Shown here piece by piece: positions 1 through 13,095 of a stretch of 64,000 bases of DNA (positions are counted from its first letter, which is position 1; each line of letters starts with the position of its first letter). The DNA comes from Macrostomum lignano. Lineage: Eukaryota. A program made the position numbers and the translations under genes. Below the pieces are notes generated by a model. That model worked only from the letters and a program-made list of their open reading frames with translations, ran no database searches and had not been told where the DNA came from. The stretch lies in contig NIVC01002064.1 of the NCBI GenBank assembly GCA_002269645.1, positions 124,001 through 188,000 on the forward strand. Reading direction: 5' to 3'.

Positions 1-52
1 AATTTTGCACTCTGTAAGGTTTGTCTTGAGACTAAGGACCACAAAACTGCAG

Positions 53-697
<645 letters not shown>

Positions 698-976
698 TGA
701 CATGTACTTTTACGACTAGTCCGAGCTACGCTCGCATTTCGGCGAAAAAGCTCAGGCAGAGGCAGGCAGCATGGCCCTCCCCTCGCCCGAGGAGCTGTCC
801 GTCCGCGCTTTGAACTGAAACGCATAGCCACGAAAGTCTGAGATAATTGCGGCCTGTCGGGTTTTAGGGTTCGATCAATGAAATACGAACTGTGACACCA
901 TTCTCAAATCTGAGAGTGATCGGTGGAGTACACTTCTGGCTGGCCCTCTTTGGCTATCAAAAAGGAGTTGTATCTA

Positions 977-1870
977 CTGACACCCCGCTTGTCTTCTTGG
1001 GTTATCAGGGAGGCGGTTGTGGCTCCTGACACCCCGCTTGTCCTCTTGGGTTATCAGGGAGGCGGTTGAGGCTCCTGACACCCCGCTTGTCTTCTTGGGT
1101 TATCAGGGAGGCGGTTGAGGCTCCTGACATCCCGCTTGTCTTCTTGGTTTATCAGGGAGGCGGTTGAGGCTCCTGACACCCCGCTTGTCCTCTTGGGTTA
1201 TCAGGGAGGCGGTTGTGGCTCCTGACACCCCGCTTGTCCTCTTGGGTTATCAGGGAGGCGGTTGTGGCTCCTGACACCCCGCTTGTCCTCTTGGGTTATC
1301 AGGGAGGCGGTTGAGGCTCCTGACACCCCGCTTGTCTTCTTGGGTTATCAGGGAGGCGGTTGAGGCTCCTGACATCCCGCTTGTCTTCTTGGTTTATCAG
1401 GGAGGCGGTTGAGGCTCCTGACACCCCGCTTGTCCTCTTGGGTTATCAGGGAGGCGGTTGTGGCTCCTGACACCCCGCTTGTCCTCTTGGGTTATCAGGG
1501 AGGCGGTTGTGGCTCCTGACACCCCGCTTGTCCTCTTGGGTTATCAGGGAGGCGGTTGAGGCTCCTGACACCCCGCTTGTCCTCTTGGGGTATCAGGGAG
1601 GGGTTGTGGCTCCTGACACCCCGCTTGTCCTCTTGAGTTATCAGGGAGGGGTTGTGGCTCCTGACACCCCGCTTGTCCTCTTGGGTTATCAGGGAGGCGG
1701 TTGAGGCTCCTGACACCCCGCTTCTTGTCCTCTTGGGGTATCAGGGAGGGGTTGTGGCTACTGACAGTTCGCTTCTTGTCCTCTTGGGTTATCAGGAAGG
1801 GGTTGTGGCTACTGACAGTCCGCTTCTTGTCCTCTTGGGTTATCAGGGAGAGGTTGTGGCTACTACTGAC
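977..1870 (+). repeat. 49-bp minisatellite, ~18 copies
   Basis: Unit CTCCTGACACCCCGCTTGTCCTCTTGGGTTATCAGGGAGGCGGTTG(T/A)GG; GGCTCCTGAC recurs at 1021 and 1070; 3' copies diverge in length. Confidence 0.97.
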
Positions 1871-1923
1871 ATGTAGGCTGCGTATCTGCGTTATATACTT
1901 AATTTATATAAAAAAATCCGAAG

Positions 1924-1994
1924 ATGCGAAGGAAAACAGCAAACAAAGCAGGCTCAGTTCAAGCGCGAGTAGCACTGATGAACAGCATGATGTG
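1924..1994 (+). CDS. Candidate first coding exon of the Ly6/uPAR-like gene
   Basis: ATG1924 MRRKTANKAGSVQARVALMNSMM then TG|GTGAGC donor (phase 2), matching the phase-2 acceptor at 7161. Phase agreement is a 1-in-3 coincidence, so this is unproven. Confidence 0.35.
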
Positions 1995-2202
1995 GTGAGC
2001 TGCACCAAATCGATGCTAGCTCAGCCTCCCAAACACTCCAAAGCTTAAGTCGAGAGAGTTCCTTGAGTCCTTGACTGAGTTACTTTATTAGCTTCATTTG
2101 GGGTTAGTCAGTCATCCCGATATATTCATATCTAGTCTGGGTGATTGTTGTGTACTTTTAAGTGTTGGCACCCATAGTCATGTAAGATATTCGATAGTAA
2201 AT

Positions 2203-2514
2203 ATGCTGTCTGTATGTATGCTGTCTGTAAGCATGCTGTCTGTAAGTATGCTGTCTGTAAGTATGCTGTCTGTAAGTATGCTGTCTGTAAGCATGCTGTC
2301 TGTAAGTATGATGTCTGTAAGTATGCTGTCTGTAAGCATGCTGTCTGTAAGTATGATGTCTGTAAGTATGCTGTCTGTAAGCATGCTGTCTGTAAGTATG
2401 CTGTCTGTAAGCATGCTATCTGTAAGTATGCTGTCTGTAAGCATGCTGTCTGTAAGCATGCTGTCTGTAAGTATGCTGTCTGTAAGCATGCTGTCTGTAA
2501 GCATGCTGTCTGTA
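2203..2514 (+). repeat. 15-bp minisatellite (ATGCTGTCTGTAAG(T/C))n
   Basis: About 21 copies with T/C variants. Confidence 0.97.
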
Positions 2515-3189
2515 GATGTACCTGCATACCTGTCGGCAGTCGGTACAACAGCTCTTGTGTGCATGTAGAAAATTTCTGCAAAACATTTTCGCAAGCCATT
2601 TGCTCATTTAGGCCACGTCGGCATGAAAAGCAAATGTTTATTTTTCAAGCTACAATCTCGCATATTCGAGTTTATCAAGCTGCAACTAGAAATGCTGCTG
2701 GCTCGTATCTTCTTCTAGTAGTTTGAAGTAAAAAATCAGAAATCTACCAAAAGAGAGAGATTTTTTATCTAGACCACTTCATCTTCAGAATATCTATACA
2801 GCCAATGTGTACAGGAATTTTGTGTTTTTAGCGAGAAACAAAAATTAATAATTGCCACGATCCTGTCATCACTTAATGCATATTTCAATTTTTGTACTGC
2901 TGCTTTCAGCAATGGTTCAGCGATAAGCATCTGCTTGTCAGTATCTGTGAGAAACTGCGTATATGCCAGAGGTTCGACTGCACTGTGTAGCGAATGCTTA
3001 AAGACTTTTAGATATTCTGACTGTGTAGAGAGCCAATGTATATTATATTATAGCTTACTCGATTATGGAAACACTAAATTCGAATTTCTCCTATTTAATT
3101 TGTGTGTTGAGTTTCTGGTTCACAATTATTATTGTTTCTAAGAATACTACACATAAGTTATAATTAAACGCTTGATTAATAATATAACG

Positions 3190-3517
3190 CAGGGTCTGCT
3201 AACTCCGGCCCGTGGGCCACATGCGGCCCGCAAAGCCTCTCTATCCGGCCCTCCAGCCCTTTGAAACTTCACAATAGCAATCCGGTCCTCTCAAGGTTTG
3301 TGTCTCTTCTCTCACCTCTCTTCTCCTCTCCTCTTCTCTCCTCTCCTCTCCTCTCCTCTCCTCTCCTTTCCTCTCCTGTCCTCTCCTCTCCTCTCCTCTC
3401 CTCTCCTCTCCTCTCCTTTCCTCTCCTGTCCTCTCCTCTCCTCTCCTCTCCTCTCCTCTCCTCTCCTATAGGTAATATTTTCCTTTTTAAATGAGGTAAA
3501 AAGTTGACCGACCCCTG
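3190..3517 (+). mobile_element. hAT-like non-autonomous element (MITE) with internal (CTCTC)n
   Basis: Left end CAGGGTCTGCTAACT...GGCCCGTGGGCCACATGCGGCCC resembles Charlie-type hAT ends; right end reverse-complements to CAGGGGTCGGTCAACT; 8-bp flanks ATATAACG / GTATATCG match 6/8 (decayed TSD). (CTCTC)n at ~3304-3467. Confidence 0.6.
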
Positions 3518-5084
3518 GTATATCGCCTTCTCGAATGATTTTCGAAATTTCTTAATTTTGCACAAAAGCTGAAATATCTTGGCAGCCAGCGTTATGCGTG
3601 CCTCCTTCTACCAGAAGAAATTATAAGGAAACCAATGCATTGTAAATATATCCGATTTGTTATCTCAAATGCTAAATGCTTGCTTCTGTCTTCCTGTTCC
3701 CAGCAGTTTTTGGATGCAGCATACAAATGGCGCAAGCAATCAGAAGCTTTGTCATTTGTTCTTTTATCTGTGCAAGCAGGGAATTAGCAATATAGAATTT
3801 GGGCAAGGACAGACCGAGCTTGCAAAATGTTTACGATTTGTGCTCGGATTTATATAGGAGAAAGATTGATGGAGCGGAGAGGCTGAAAGCGGCTGGGAGT
3901 TATACTGGGTGAGTCAGCATTCGATATGCAAGCAACCGACGCCATGCCGCATGGTTAAGAGCTAAGATTTACTTATGCAAACTTGACCTACAAGAATCAT
4001 TTGAAAGCTCTTCAGGCTTTAATGTCAATTCAAAGCCAATAGGTCAGGGAGGGGCATCCGTGAGAGTCTGAAAATCTCCCAGAGGCTCATGACCCCTGCA
4101 TTTTCTTTGTTGAGGGTCATGTTACACTTCAATCTTTAGTCCTAGAACTCCTTGCATCAAAGTCCCATGGCCTGTAATTATAGCATTGGTCGACACAGCC
4201 CATCTCCCATTGGCTGTGTCCGGGCCAGTGTACGCAGTGGGCCAGAAGTGGGGCATGCACTGGCGTATATCAGAAGCCTCTCTAAAAAAGACACTGAACA
4301 GCGCGAGCAACGATTTATTTATCCCTTCTTTTCGCTTCATCAACTACTAATTTTGCTTGAGAACTTCTTTTCTCTCTAGTCTGCGAGTTCGATTAGTTAA
4401 ACAGCTCAGGACTAGCTCAAGTAGGAACGATTGAAAAAATACAGACACTAATGCCTGCTGCCAGGGCTGCTCACTGTGGCAGCTCAAGCGGGTGAGTCCA
4501 ATACTATTCAACTGAAACTGCTAATCCTGTCCAGCCAGCCAAGAAGCTTTTAACCAAGGACTCTTCTTCTAGTGGTCCTTGCTTTAAACATTCCGGGTTT
4601 AAACGGCTATTTATTAATTTAAGCAAAAACACACAAGACACAAGGAAGATTTAGAAACTTTCACTGAGTCATTCTTCTCTTCTCTCAAATGCTCTCCCTA
4701 TTGAGAGTGCAAGTTCTGAGTCTGTGTGACTCAACTGACCCCCTTCCTCAACTTCTCCGTGCTGAGGACACGCCCCGCGTATGGCTTCAGGTTTCTGTTA
4801 CAACAGCCTGATTACACGCTCCGATAATTTGTTTAGTTCCGCGTAGTCTGAAAAGCACGTGCGATCATTAGGACGGTACGTTTGTGCAGCATGAGACTAG
4901 CCCTACAAGTGCCCTGCTAGCCTGCTTGTCAGCAGCAGCCGTACTCGAGTGCTGAAAACTGATTCGGTTGGTCTCTTTTTCTGGCAGGCAGCCAAATTCC
5001 TCTCCTGGCCAACCTCTGCTGGGCTGATCGCCTGTCCCTCACCTTTCCCTGTCCTGCCTCCCCCCTCTCTGTCGCCATTCTCTC

Positions 5085-5740
5085 CCCTCATCTCCCCTCA
5101 CATTCTTCTCTCACATCTCTTCTCTCACATCTCTTCTCTCACATCTCTCCCCTAACATCTCTCTCCTCAAATCTCTCCCCTCAAATCTCACTTCTCACAT
5201 CTCTCCCCTCACATCTCTCCCCTCACATCTCTCCCTTCGTATCTTTCCCCTCATATCTCTCCCCTGAGATCTCTCCCGTCATATCTCTCTCACATCTCTC
5301 CCCTCACATCTCATCCCTCACATCTCTCCCCTCGTATCTTTCCCCTCACATCTCTCCCCTGAGATCTCTCCCGTCATATCTCTCTCACATCTCATCCCTC
5401 ACATCTCTCCCCTCGTATCTTTCCCCTCACATCTCTCCCCTGAGATCTCTCCCGTCATATCTCTCTCACATCTCTCCCCTCACATCTCATCCCTCACATC
5501 TCATCCCTCACATCTCTCCCCTCACATCTCTCCCCTCACATCTCTCCCCTCAAATCTCTCCTCTCACATCTCTCCCCTCACATCTCATCCCTCACATCTC
5601 TCCCCTCACATCTCATCCCTCACATCTCTCCCCTCACATCTCATCCCTCACATCTCTCCCCTCACATCTCATCCCTCACATCTCTCCCCTCACATCTCAT
5701 CCCTCACATCTCTCCCCTCACATCTCTCCCTCTCACCTCA
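5085..5740 (+). repeat. Pyrimidine-rich ~14-bp minisatellite (CTCACATCTCTCCC)n
   Basis: Many copies with CTCACATCTCATCC variants and longer sub-blocks. Confidence 0.93.
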
Positions 5741-6544
5741 CCCCTGACTCTCCCTGTATCCGATCTCGCCCTTAACTATTTTATTTCTATACATGTCGGT
5801 ATATTCGATCCGACCTCGTTAGTTCCGCCCCTACTTAGCTCGCTAATCTTTCCAAAACCCAAATATGGACCAGCTGTGCACCTTTATCTCAGCTATCAGA
5901 TTTCTTTTGATTTAAGCGTTTTTACTAGTAGGTCAATCTGTCAACCTGTCAGCTCTTCCAGTCTCAGGCCTGAACGATAAGTCTGTCCCCCGTCGAAGTG
6001 TAGGTTTTCTCACTAAAGCATATAGAATTTCAATCTGTATGATATATAATATATATATAGCATATGTATACCCCAGCATATTCCATATATAAAATTACAT
6101 CGCAAATATATTTTGATTTTTATAGAATAAAGTTGGCCACTTCTCGATCATTCTACGAGTATCTCAGCGAAGGATGTCCTTCTGTATATTTGCTTCTGCC
6201 CTGCTGACTTCTTAGCTCTCCGGTCTCCCCATAGGAGTGATTGACAGATTCCAGAGCCCTGCAATCTATAATCCAATTCAGATATCCCCAGCTGCGGTCA
6301 CAGTCGGGTCAGAGGTTTTATCATTTCAACACGAACCAAAAACAGACTAGATTAGTCTGAAAACAGTTTGGATGCAAATTTTCTCTCTAGAAACTCTTTG
6401 TCCATGGGGTCAAAAACTTTTTCTCGACTTTTTTCATTTCGGTTGATCGGGAATGACCATCTTGGCGGAAATTTCACTTAAGATGGCTGGCTCACCCCAG
6501 AACAGAGATAAGATTTTGAAGAGAAGATATTGACCTTAAGCGAT

Positions 6545-7066
6545 GGACCCTTGACACATGGAGAGAGCATCTTGACCCACGGAGAGAGCATCTTGACCCA
6601 TGGAGAGGGGCATCTTGACCCATGGAGAGAGCATCTTGACCCATGGAGAGGGCAATCTTGACCCATGTAGAGGGCAATCTTGACCCATGGAGAAGGCAAT
6701 CTGACCCATGGAGAGGGCATCTTGACCCATGGAGAGGGGCATCTTGACCCATGTAGAGAGCAATCTTGACCCATGGAGAGGGCATCTTGACCGATGGAGA
6801 GGGCATCTTGACCCATGGAGAGGGCATCTTGACCCATTGCATCTTGACCCATGGCATCTTGACCCATGTGATCATGACCCATGGAGAGGGCATCTTGACC
6901 CATGGCATCTTGACCCACGCATCTTGACCCATGGGATCATGACCCATGGAGAGGGCATCTTGACCCATGGCATCTTGACCCACGCATCTTGACCCATGGG
7001 ATCATGACCCATGGAGAGGGCATCTTGAACCATGGAGAGGGCATCTTGACCCATGGAGCTTGACCC
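6545..7066 (+). repeat. ~21-bp minisatellite (CATCTTGACCCATGGAGAGGG)n
   Basis: Variable-length units; ends ~95 bp before the acceptor at 7160. Confidence 0.93.
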
Positions 7067-7160
7067 CATGTTGACTGATGACAGCAAAAATGAGGGATGT
7101 TTGGCCACACGCCAAAGCACACGAAACACCCCCATCTCCAAAAAGTTGCTTAAATTGCAG

Positions 7161-7818
7161 CCTCAGTCGAGCCGTGGCGCAAGCGTGTCTTCTGCTTCTA
7201 GCGGGTGCAGCGGTTGCCTCTTTGGCCACAGCCGGGCCCGCTGCTTGGAGCCTGAAGTGCCCGGTCAACATCACTTCGGCTTCGTCCAGCAGCTGGGCTA
7301 CCACCGATGGTTGCAGTTTCTGTGTGGACTTCAAGAGTCACCTGGACGGCAGCCGGCTGCTCCTGTGCGCCGTCGCTCCCCCGGCGGGCTCGCCGGCTAC
7401 GCAGGATGAGAACGACCTGCTGCGAGCGGCCTCCGGGCTGAACAACAATGCCGTGGCTCAATTGGAGCTCCTGACAGCTTGGCGGATCTCAAGACGGTGC
7501 CAGGAGGCCTGCGGGACAGCCGCGTCCAGCTGCGAGTACGGCAAGGTGACTTGGCACAACATCACGGATGCTGACGGCCGGCTGATCGACACGGTACTGC
7601 TGCTGAACGCGACTTATCGCTGCTGCCGGGACGGCGACTTCTGCAGCGTCGAGAGTCCGACAGCGGCGCCGGTGGCTGCCGAGGTGGAAAATCTGTCGGA
7701 CGACAACCGGTCTGGTGGGAGTCATCCGAGCAGACCATCCTATTGGCTGACTGTCTTTCTGTTGTGCGCACTCTCCGCTGGGTCTGAGCGCTCCGTTCAG
7801 TATTTAGGTCTGAGCTAG
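7161..7818 (+). CDS. Ly6/uPAR (three-finger, LU-domain)-like secreted, probably GPI-anchored protein, main exon
   Basis: Hydrophobic signal segment (CLLLLAGAAVASLATAGPAAWS), mature LKC start, 10 Cys ending in CCRDGDFCS (LU consensus CCxxDxCN), several NxS/T sequons, C-terminal hydrophobic tail (YWLTVFLLCALSAG), GC3-rich codons. Start is either in-exon Met 7078/7090 or an upstream exon via TTGCAG|7161. Confidence 0.75.
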
Positions 7819-7974
7819 TTTAGAGTGGCTCATGCTGGGTCAGACTTAGTCAAGGTAGGTCACAGTTTATCATAGATAGGTCAGGCTAGGTTGGACAAGT
7901 TTAAACGATAGTATGGCTGCTAGGTCATTCCATGTCACAGTAGGTCCAGGAAGATTAGACAAGGTCATGTTAAG

Positions 7975-8375
7975 TCACAGTAGGTCATTATAGGTTAGAG
8001 TAGGTCACAAAAGGTCACAGTAGGTCACAAAAGGTCACAGTAGGTCACAAAAGGTCACAGTAGGTCACAAAAGGTCACAGTAGGTCGCAAAAGGTCACAG
8101 TAGGTCACAAAAGGTCACAGTAGGTCGCAAAAGGTCACAGTAGGTCACAAAAGGTCACAGTAGGTCACAAAGGTCACAGTAGGTCACAAAAGGTCACAGT
8201 AGGTCACAAAAGGTCACAGTAGGTCCAAAGGTCACAGTAGGTCACAAAGGTCACAGTAGGTCACAAAAGGTCACAGTAGGTCACAAAAGGTCACAGTAGG
8301 TCACAAAAGGTCACAGTAGGTCACAAAAGGTCACAAAAGGTCACAGTAGGTCACAAAAGGACACGGTAGGTCACG
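7975..8375 (+). repeat. 20-bp minisatellite (AGGTCACAGTAGGTCACAAA)n
   Basis: Dimer of 10-mers, in the probable 3' UTR of the LU gene (AATAAA at 8671). Confidence 0.95.
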
Positions 8376-8809
8376 AAGGTCATAATTAGTCAGAAAAAGC
8401 AGGTCACAACCAAGTTACAGTGGATCAGACAGGCTGAGAGATTTTCTATCCAACCGCAATCACAGTATTTATTGTTGATGTTATTGCTGTTAGTATTACT
8501 AATTAGTATTGCTTTTTCATTCATTCCGCAAGTCCCGGTGGATCCCTACTCCCCCTTTCGAGGACACTTTTTTGGCCTTGCACTTTAACAAAAGTATCGA
8601 AGTTGTACGAGCGTACCTGTAACAGTTTGTAATTGTCTGTAAATTAATTATATATGAGCTAGATTGTGACAATAAAATTCATCTTGTTTTTTCTGTAGCA
8701 AGGCCAAAAAAAATGTATGCTTTACAAAGTGCTGTAATTTGAGGTGCCAGACCCACGCCACTAACAACAGAATCTCAAATATTTACCATGCAATCTCGCC
8801 TCACCGTTT

Positions 8810-9188
8810 AATCTCATACCTTCCAATCTCATACCTTCCAATCTCATACCTTCCAATCTCATACCTTCCAATCTCATACCTTCCAATCTCATACCTTCCA
8901 ATCTCATACCTTCCAATCTCATACCTTCCAATCTCATACCTTCCAATCTCATACCTTCCAATCTCATACCTTCCAATCTCATACCTTCCAATCTCATACC
9001 TTCCAATCTCATACCTTCCAATCTCATACCTTCCAATCTCATACCTTCCAATCTCATACCTTCCAATCTCATACCTTCCAATCTCATACCTTCCAATCTC
9101 ATACCTTCCAATCTCATACCTTCCAATCTCATACCTTCCAATCTCATACCTTCCAATCTCATACCTTCCAATCTCATACCTTCCAATC
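8810..9188 (+). repeat. 15-bp minisatellite (AATCTCATACCTTCC)n
   Basis: About 25 perfect copies. Confidence 0.98.
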
Positions 9189-9614
9189 TTCCTCTACCTT
9201 CTAACTTCTAATCTACATTCGAATAACTTTCTAATCTTTTCAACTTCCAACCCACATGGGAAGAGCTGAAGGTATGTCTGTAGCGCTATGCTCGTATTTT
9301 AAGATTGATCGATAATGACAGCAATTACTCAAGCAGCCCAGTTTCTCATCTCAATCTCGTTCCAATTATATGAGATTGCATAAAATGGCCAGGGGCGCTA
9401 TTTTCAGCAGGCTTAAACGAAGCGACTAATTAATGCTTTTTCATCTACGCTTCTACGTTGTAATTGGAAATCAGCAATTGCAGGCATAGTCGAGCTTGAG
9501 CATTGATTTTCGGTCCAAGAGGGAGGCCAAGGAAATTGGAACATGCGACAGTACTCTCGTAATGTTAGAAAATGCACTTAGCTGTCTTCAGGCTACATCA
9601 GGCCAGAGGATCGT

Positions 9615-9956
<342 letters not shown>

Positions 9957-10195
9957 ATAATGCATGCAGTACCCAGGCCTACACTCTGTTTCCATCTCTC
10001 TCGTTCCCTGTCTGTCAGCACCGCATGCACAAGAAACATGTACAGTGCTAAAACCCCGGGCGCACATTCACAAGGCCCGTCTCAGACAAATAATTGGCTC
10101 AGCTGAAGATTCCGTCAGTGCCATACAACCTTCAGCCCTGGGATGCTGCAGGCGGACAGTTGACCCTGGTGCAGCTGGCTGCCTGAGGCACTTAC

Positions 10196-10270
10196 GGTAT
10201 AGGGCTGGTGCCCACAGCTCGCCGCCAAGTTGAAGTGCACCGCCAGCTGTTGCACCGAATCCCACAACAA
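10196..10270 (-). other. Orphan 75-nt symmetric exon candidate
   Basis: Acceptor TTCTGTTTTTCCTGTCGCAG| and donor ACC|GTAAGT; phase-0 reading LLWDSVQQLAVHFNLAASCGHQPYT; partner exons not identified. Confidence 0.4.
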
Positions 10271-10386
10271 CTGCGACAGGAAAAACAGAAGACGGCTTTC
10301 CGAGTCTCGACTTTGTAAGAATTAAGCCTAGCAAAATTAGCATTATTGTTGATTATTCGTACCTGTATTAAAATTATGAGTATACA

Positions 10387-10572
10387 ATGGATTGCTAATC
10401 TATCCAACAAGCTAATGGATAGCTAATCTATCTTAAAAGCTAACGGATTGCTAATCTACCCAACAGGATAATGGATTGCTAATCTATCCAACAAAATAGT
10501 GGGATTGCTAATCTACCCAACATGATAATGGATTGCTAATCTACCCAACAAGCTAATGGATTGCTAATCTAT
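10387..10572 (+). repeat. GGATTGCTAATCTA-core minisatellite, array 1 (~28-bp units)
   Basis: About 7 degenerate copies, e.g. GGATTGCTAATCTACCCAACATGATAAT. Confidence 0.9.
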
Positions 10573-11113
10573 TGTATCTTAGTGGTTGTAAGAGTAGAAT
10601 CAATCGATAGAATCGATCTGTCATTCTGCCTAATATATGGGCCAAGATTGGCCTCTCATTAACCGCTTACGAGCTATGTGGCCATAGAAGTTAATGTGAA
10701 AAAAATTTGCAACTCGCGACAGCGCGAAAATCAACTACTGAACTCAATTTCGTCAGTAGTCTGCTGTGAACCATTCTTAGTTTGATTGAGTAGCTTGTTA
10801 TTTAATTCGTGAGAAGTTCTATCAAATTCTCAAAAAATAGCCTCTATGTCCCCAAGCTACTCAAATCAAGATATAAGCAACCCATGTCGGCTTTTTTGCA
10901 CAAGTGACGAAAAACATCGGTCGCAATACAAAGTGGCCTATCTAGATAATAAAAGCTCTATGAAAATACCATTAATAAAGCATACTTTGTTCCATAGAAC
11001 ACGAGTTGCGAATGCTCAACGCTTTGGTTAAATGCCGTTGCCCGATGAGAATTCTATAAGAAAAAATTCCACTTATTCAAATCGACCCTACCAGTCGCTC
11101 TACAAGTTCAAGC

Positions 11114-11488
11114 ATGTCGGGACCTCCTCAGGATGGCATCACGCTGGTTCGCGACATCGGCAAGGAGGGCCGCCTGTTTGTGCAGCACTGCCCAGTGTAC
11201 GCCAGGGCCTACTACTACCAGCTGGTCAACCAGGTGACGAATAGCAATGACAATGGGATTCTATTTATCCCTGGCAGAAAGTCCAACAACATTCAGGTGC
11301 TGGACCGGCCGGTGCACATCAAAGGCATCTTCGCAGTTTGGCTGGAGCGAAAGCACTGCAATGTCAACAGCGACAGCGTCAAAGGCGGCTCCCAGATGCA
11401 CCTCATCTGGGAGGGCAACGTGCTGGCCAAACCGCCGCCGATGGACGAAATCAGGAACGGGATTGCTTCGCACTGGAACTCCAGCTGA
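11114..11488 (+). CDS. Uncharacterised 124-aa protein, apparently single exon
   Basis: ATG-to-TGA ORF with strong GC3 bias in AT-rich surroundings and non-repetitive, globular-looking composition; family not recognised. Confidence 0.6.
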   Translation: MSGPPQDGITLVRDIGKEGRLFVQHCPVYARAYYYQLVNQVTNSNDNGILFIPGRKSNNIQVLDRPVHIKGIFAVWLERKHCNVNSDSVKGGSQMHLIWEGNVLAKPPPMDEIRNGIASHWNSS

Positions 11489-11604
11489 GGCGGCAGCTCT
11501 CTGCTCACTGGGTGCTGACGTCATCGGGTCATTGGCTCATCGGGACTTGACAATTATCAAATTGTGTTGCATTCATGATGTATATTATGCGGTCATGAGC
11601 TCAT

Positions 11605-11776
11605 TAGATCATAGACTGATAGGATTATGCGGTCATGAGCTCATTAGATCATAGACTGATAGGATTATGCGGTCATGAGCTCATTAGATCATAGACTGAT
11701 AGGATTATGCGGTCATGAGCTCATTAGATCATAGACTGATAGGATTATGCGGTCATGAGCTCATTAGATCATAGAC
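11605..11776 (+). repeat. 40-bp tandem repeat, ~4 copies
   Basis: Unit ATGAGCTCATTAGATCATAGACTGATAGGATTATGCGGTC. Confidence 0.95.
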
Positions 11777-12029
11777 TTACAACTTATGCGCTTGTAGATT
11801 CATGAGATGAGTTGATAAAGGCATATATGATCGTACGGTCATGTGTTCATTTTAGGGTCACTAGATCTTTGTGTCATTATGATCATATAACCATGTGATT
11901 AGATCACATCGTTAGATTGATAATATCATTTATGGTATATTGGGTCAACAATTAGCGGATCAAATTTCCATGGCTACTCAAGCTAATTATGGAGTAAACT
12001 GATAAAATTATACGGTCATTAGACTAATG

Positions 12030-12450
12030 GGGTCATTAGAGTATGGGGTCATTAGAGTATGAGGTCATTAGCATATTGGGTCATTAGAGTATGGGGTCAT
12101 TAGAGTTTTGGGTCATTAGAGTATTGGGTCAACATCGAATTGGGTCATATCGAACAGGGTCATTAGAGAATTGGGTCATTAGAGAATTGGGTCATATCGA
12201 ACAGGGTCATTAGAGAATTGGGTCATTAGAGAATTGGGTCATTATCGAACTGGGTCATTAGAGAATTGGGTCATTATCGAACTGGGTCATTAGAGAATTG
12301 GGTCATTATCGAACTGGGTCATTAGAGAATTGGGTCATTATCGAACTGGGTCATTAGAGAATTGGGTCATTATCGAACTGAGTCATTAGAGAATTGGGTC
12401 ATTATCGAACTGGGTCATTAGAGAATTGGGTCATTATCGAACTGGGTCAT
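12030..12450 (+). repeat. 16/32-bp minisatellite (GGGTCATTAGAGAATT-GGGTCATTATCGAACT)n
   Basis: Alternating 16-mer variants. Confidence 0.93.
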
Positions 12451-12834
12451 TTGATTTGATTTCATTTGAATTTGAAGCAGCGCAGTTTGTTATAATACTT
12501 CACTAATTAAAACTTTGCATATATTATTTTCAAGCTTCAGAAGTAATTTAAAACACCACTTCAGCCCTTTATGCTTGTGTCCCATTCAGATTAAAGCTGT
12601 AATATTGTACTAGCTTATATGTACTTTGAATATAAACTAAAAAATGAAAGTAAAACTCAAACCAAAAGTTAAAATTTTCGCACGTATCCTTCGAAGAATA
12701 ATGTTTCACTGAGTTGGTTGTTGATAATTTGAGGAATTTCTCCTTTTTATCTATTTTATCGTACGCTTCTACAGGTATCAATAAGAGTAAAGTGCATTAA
12801 CGACACTGCAATTTTATACGTATGGATTGACAGG

Positions 12835-13095
12835 TGTCAATGGGAACAGGAGTGGGGAACCAGAAACCGAGAGGACTGAGATGGAGGATATTAGAGATTA
12901 GGAATAATCAGAGAAATATGTTTATTCAAAGAGAATGACACAGGCAGGAACATAAACAAAAGAGGGATACTATTAAAAGAAAAATCTAGAAGTTGCTATT
13001 GAGTTCAATCAGCGACAGGTTGCAGAGGGCCAACAAAAGTAATAACAGAGAATAATCACACAGGAGTCTCGATAAACTAATTTATCATTGTGACA
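12835..13095 (-). mobile_element. Possible solo LTR
   Basis: Bounded by TGTCA(ATG)...(CATTG)TGACA inverted ends with a minus-strand AATAAA ~90 bp from one end; no TSD found. Confidence 0.25.

Noticed and set aside
11234-11277. Possible 44-nt GT-AG intron in the 124-aa ORF
   Set aside because: Removal shifts the frame into one with poorer codon bias; the unspliced frame is open.
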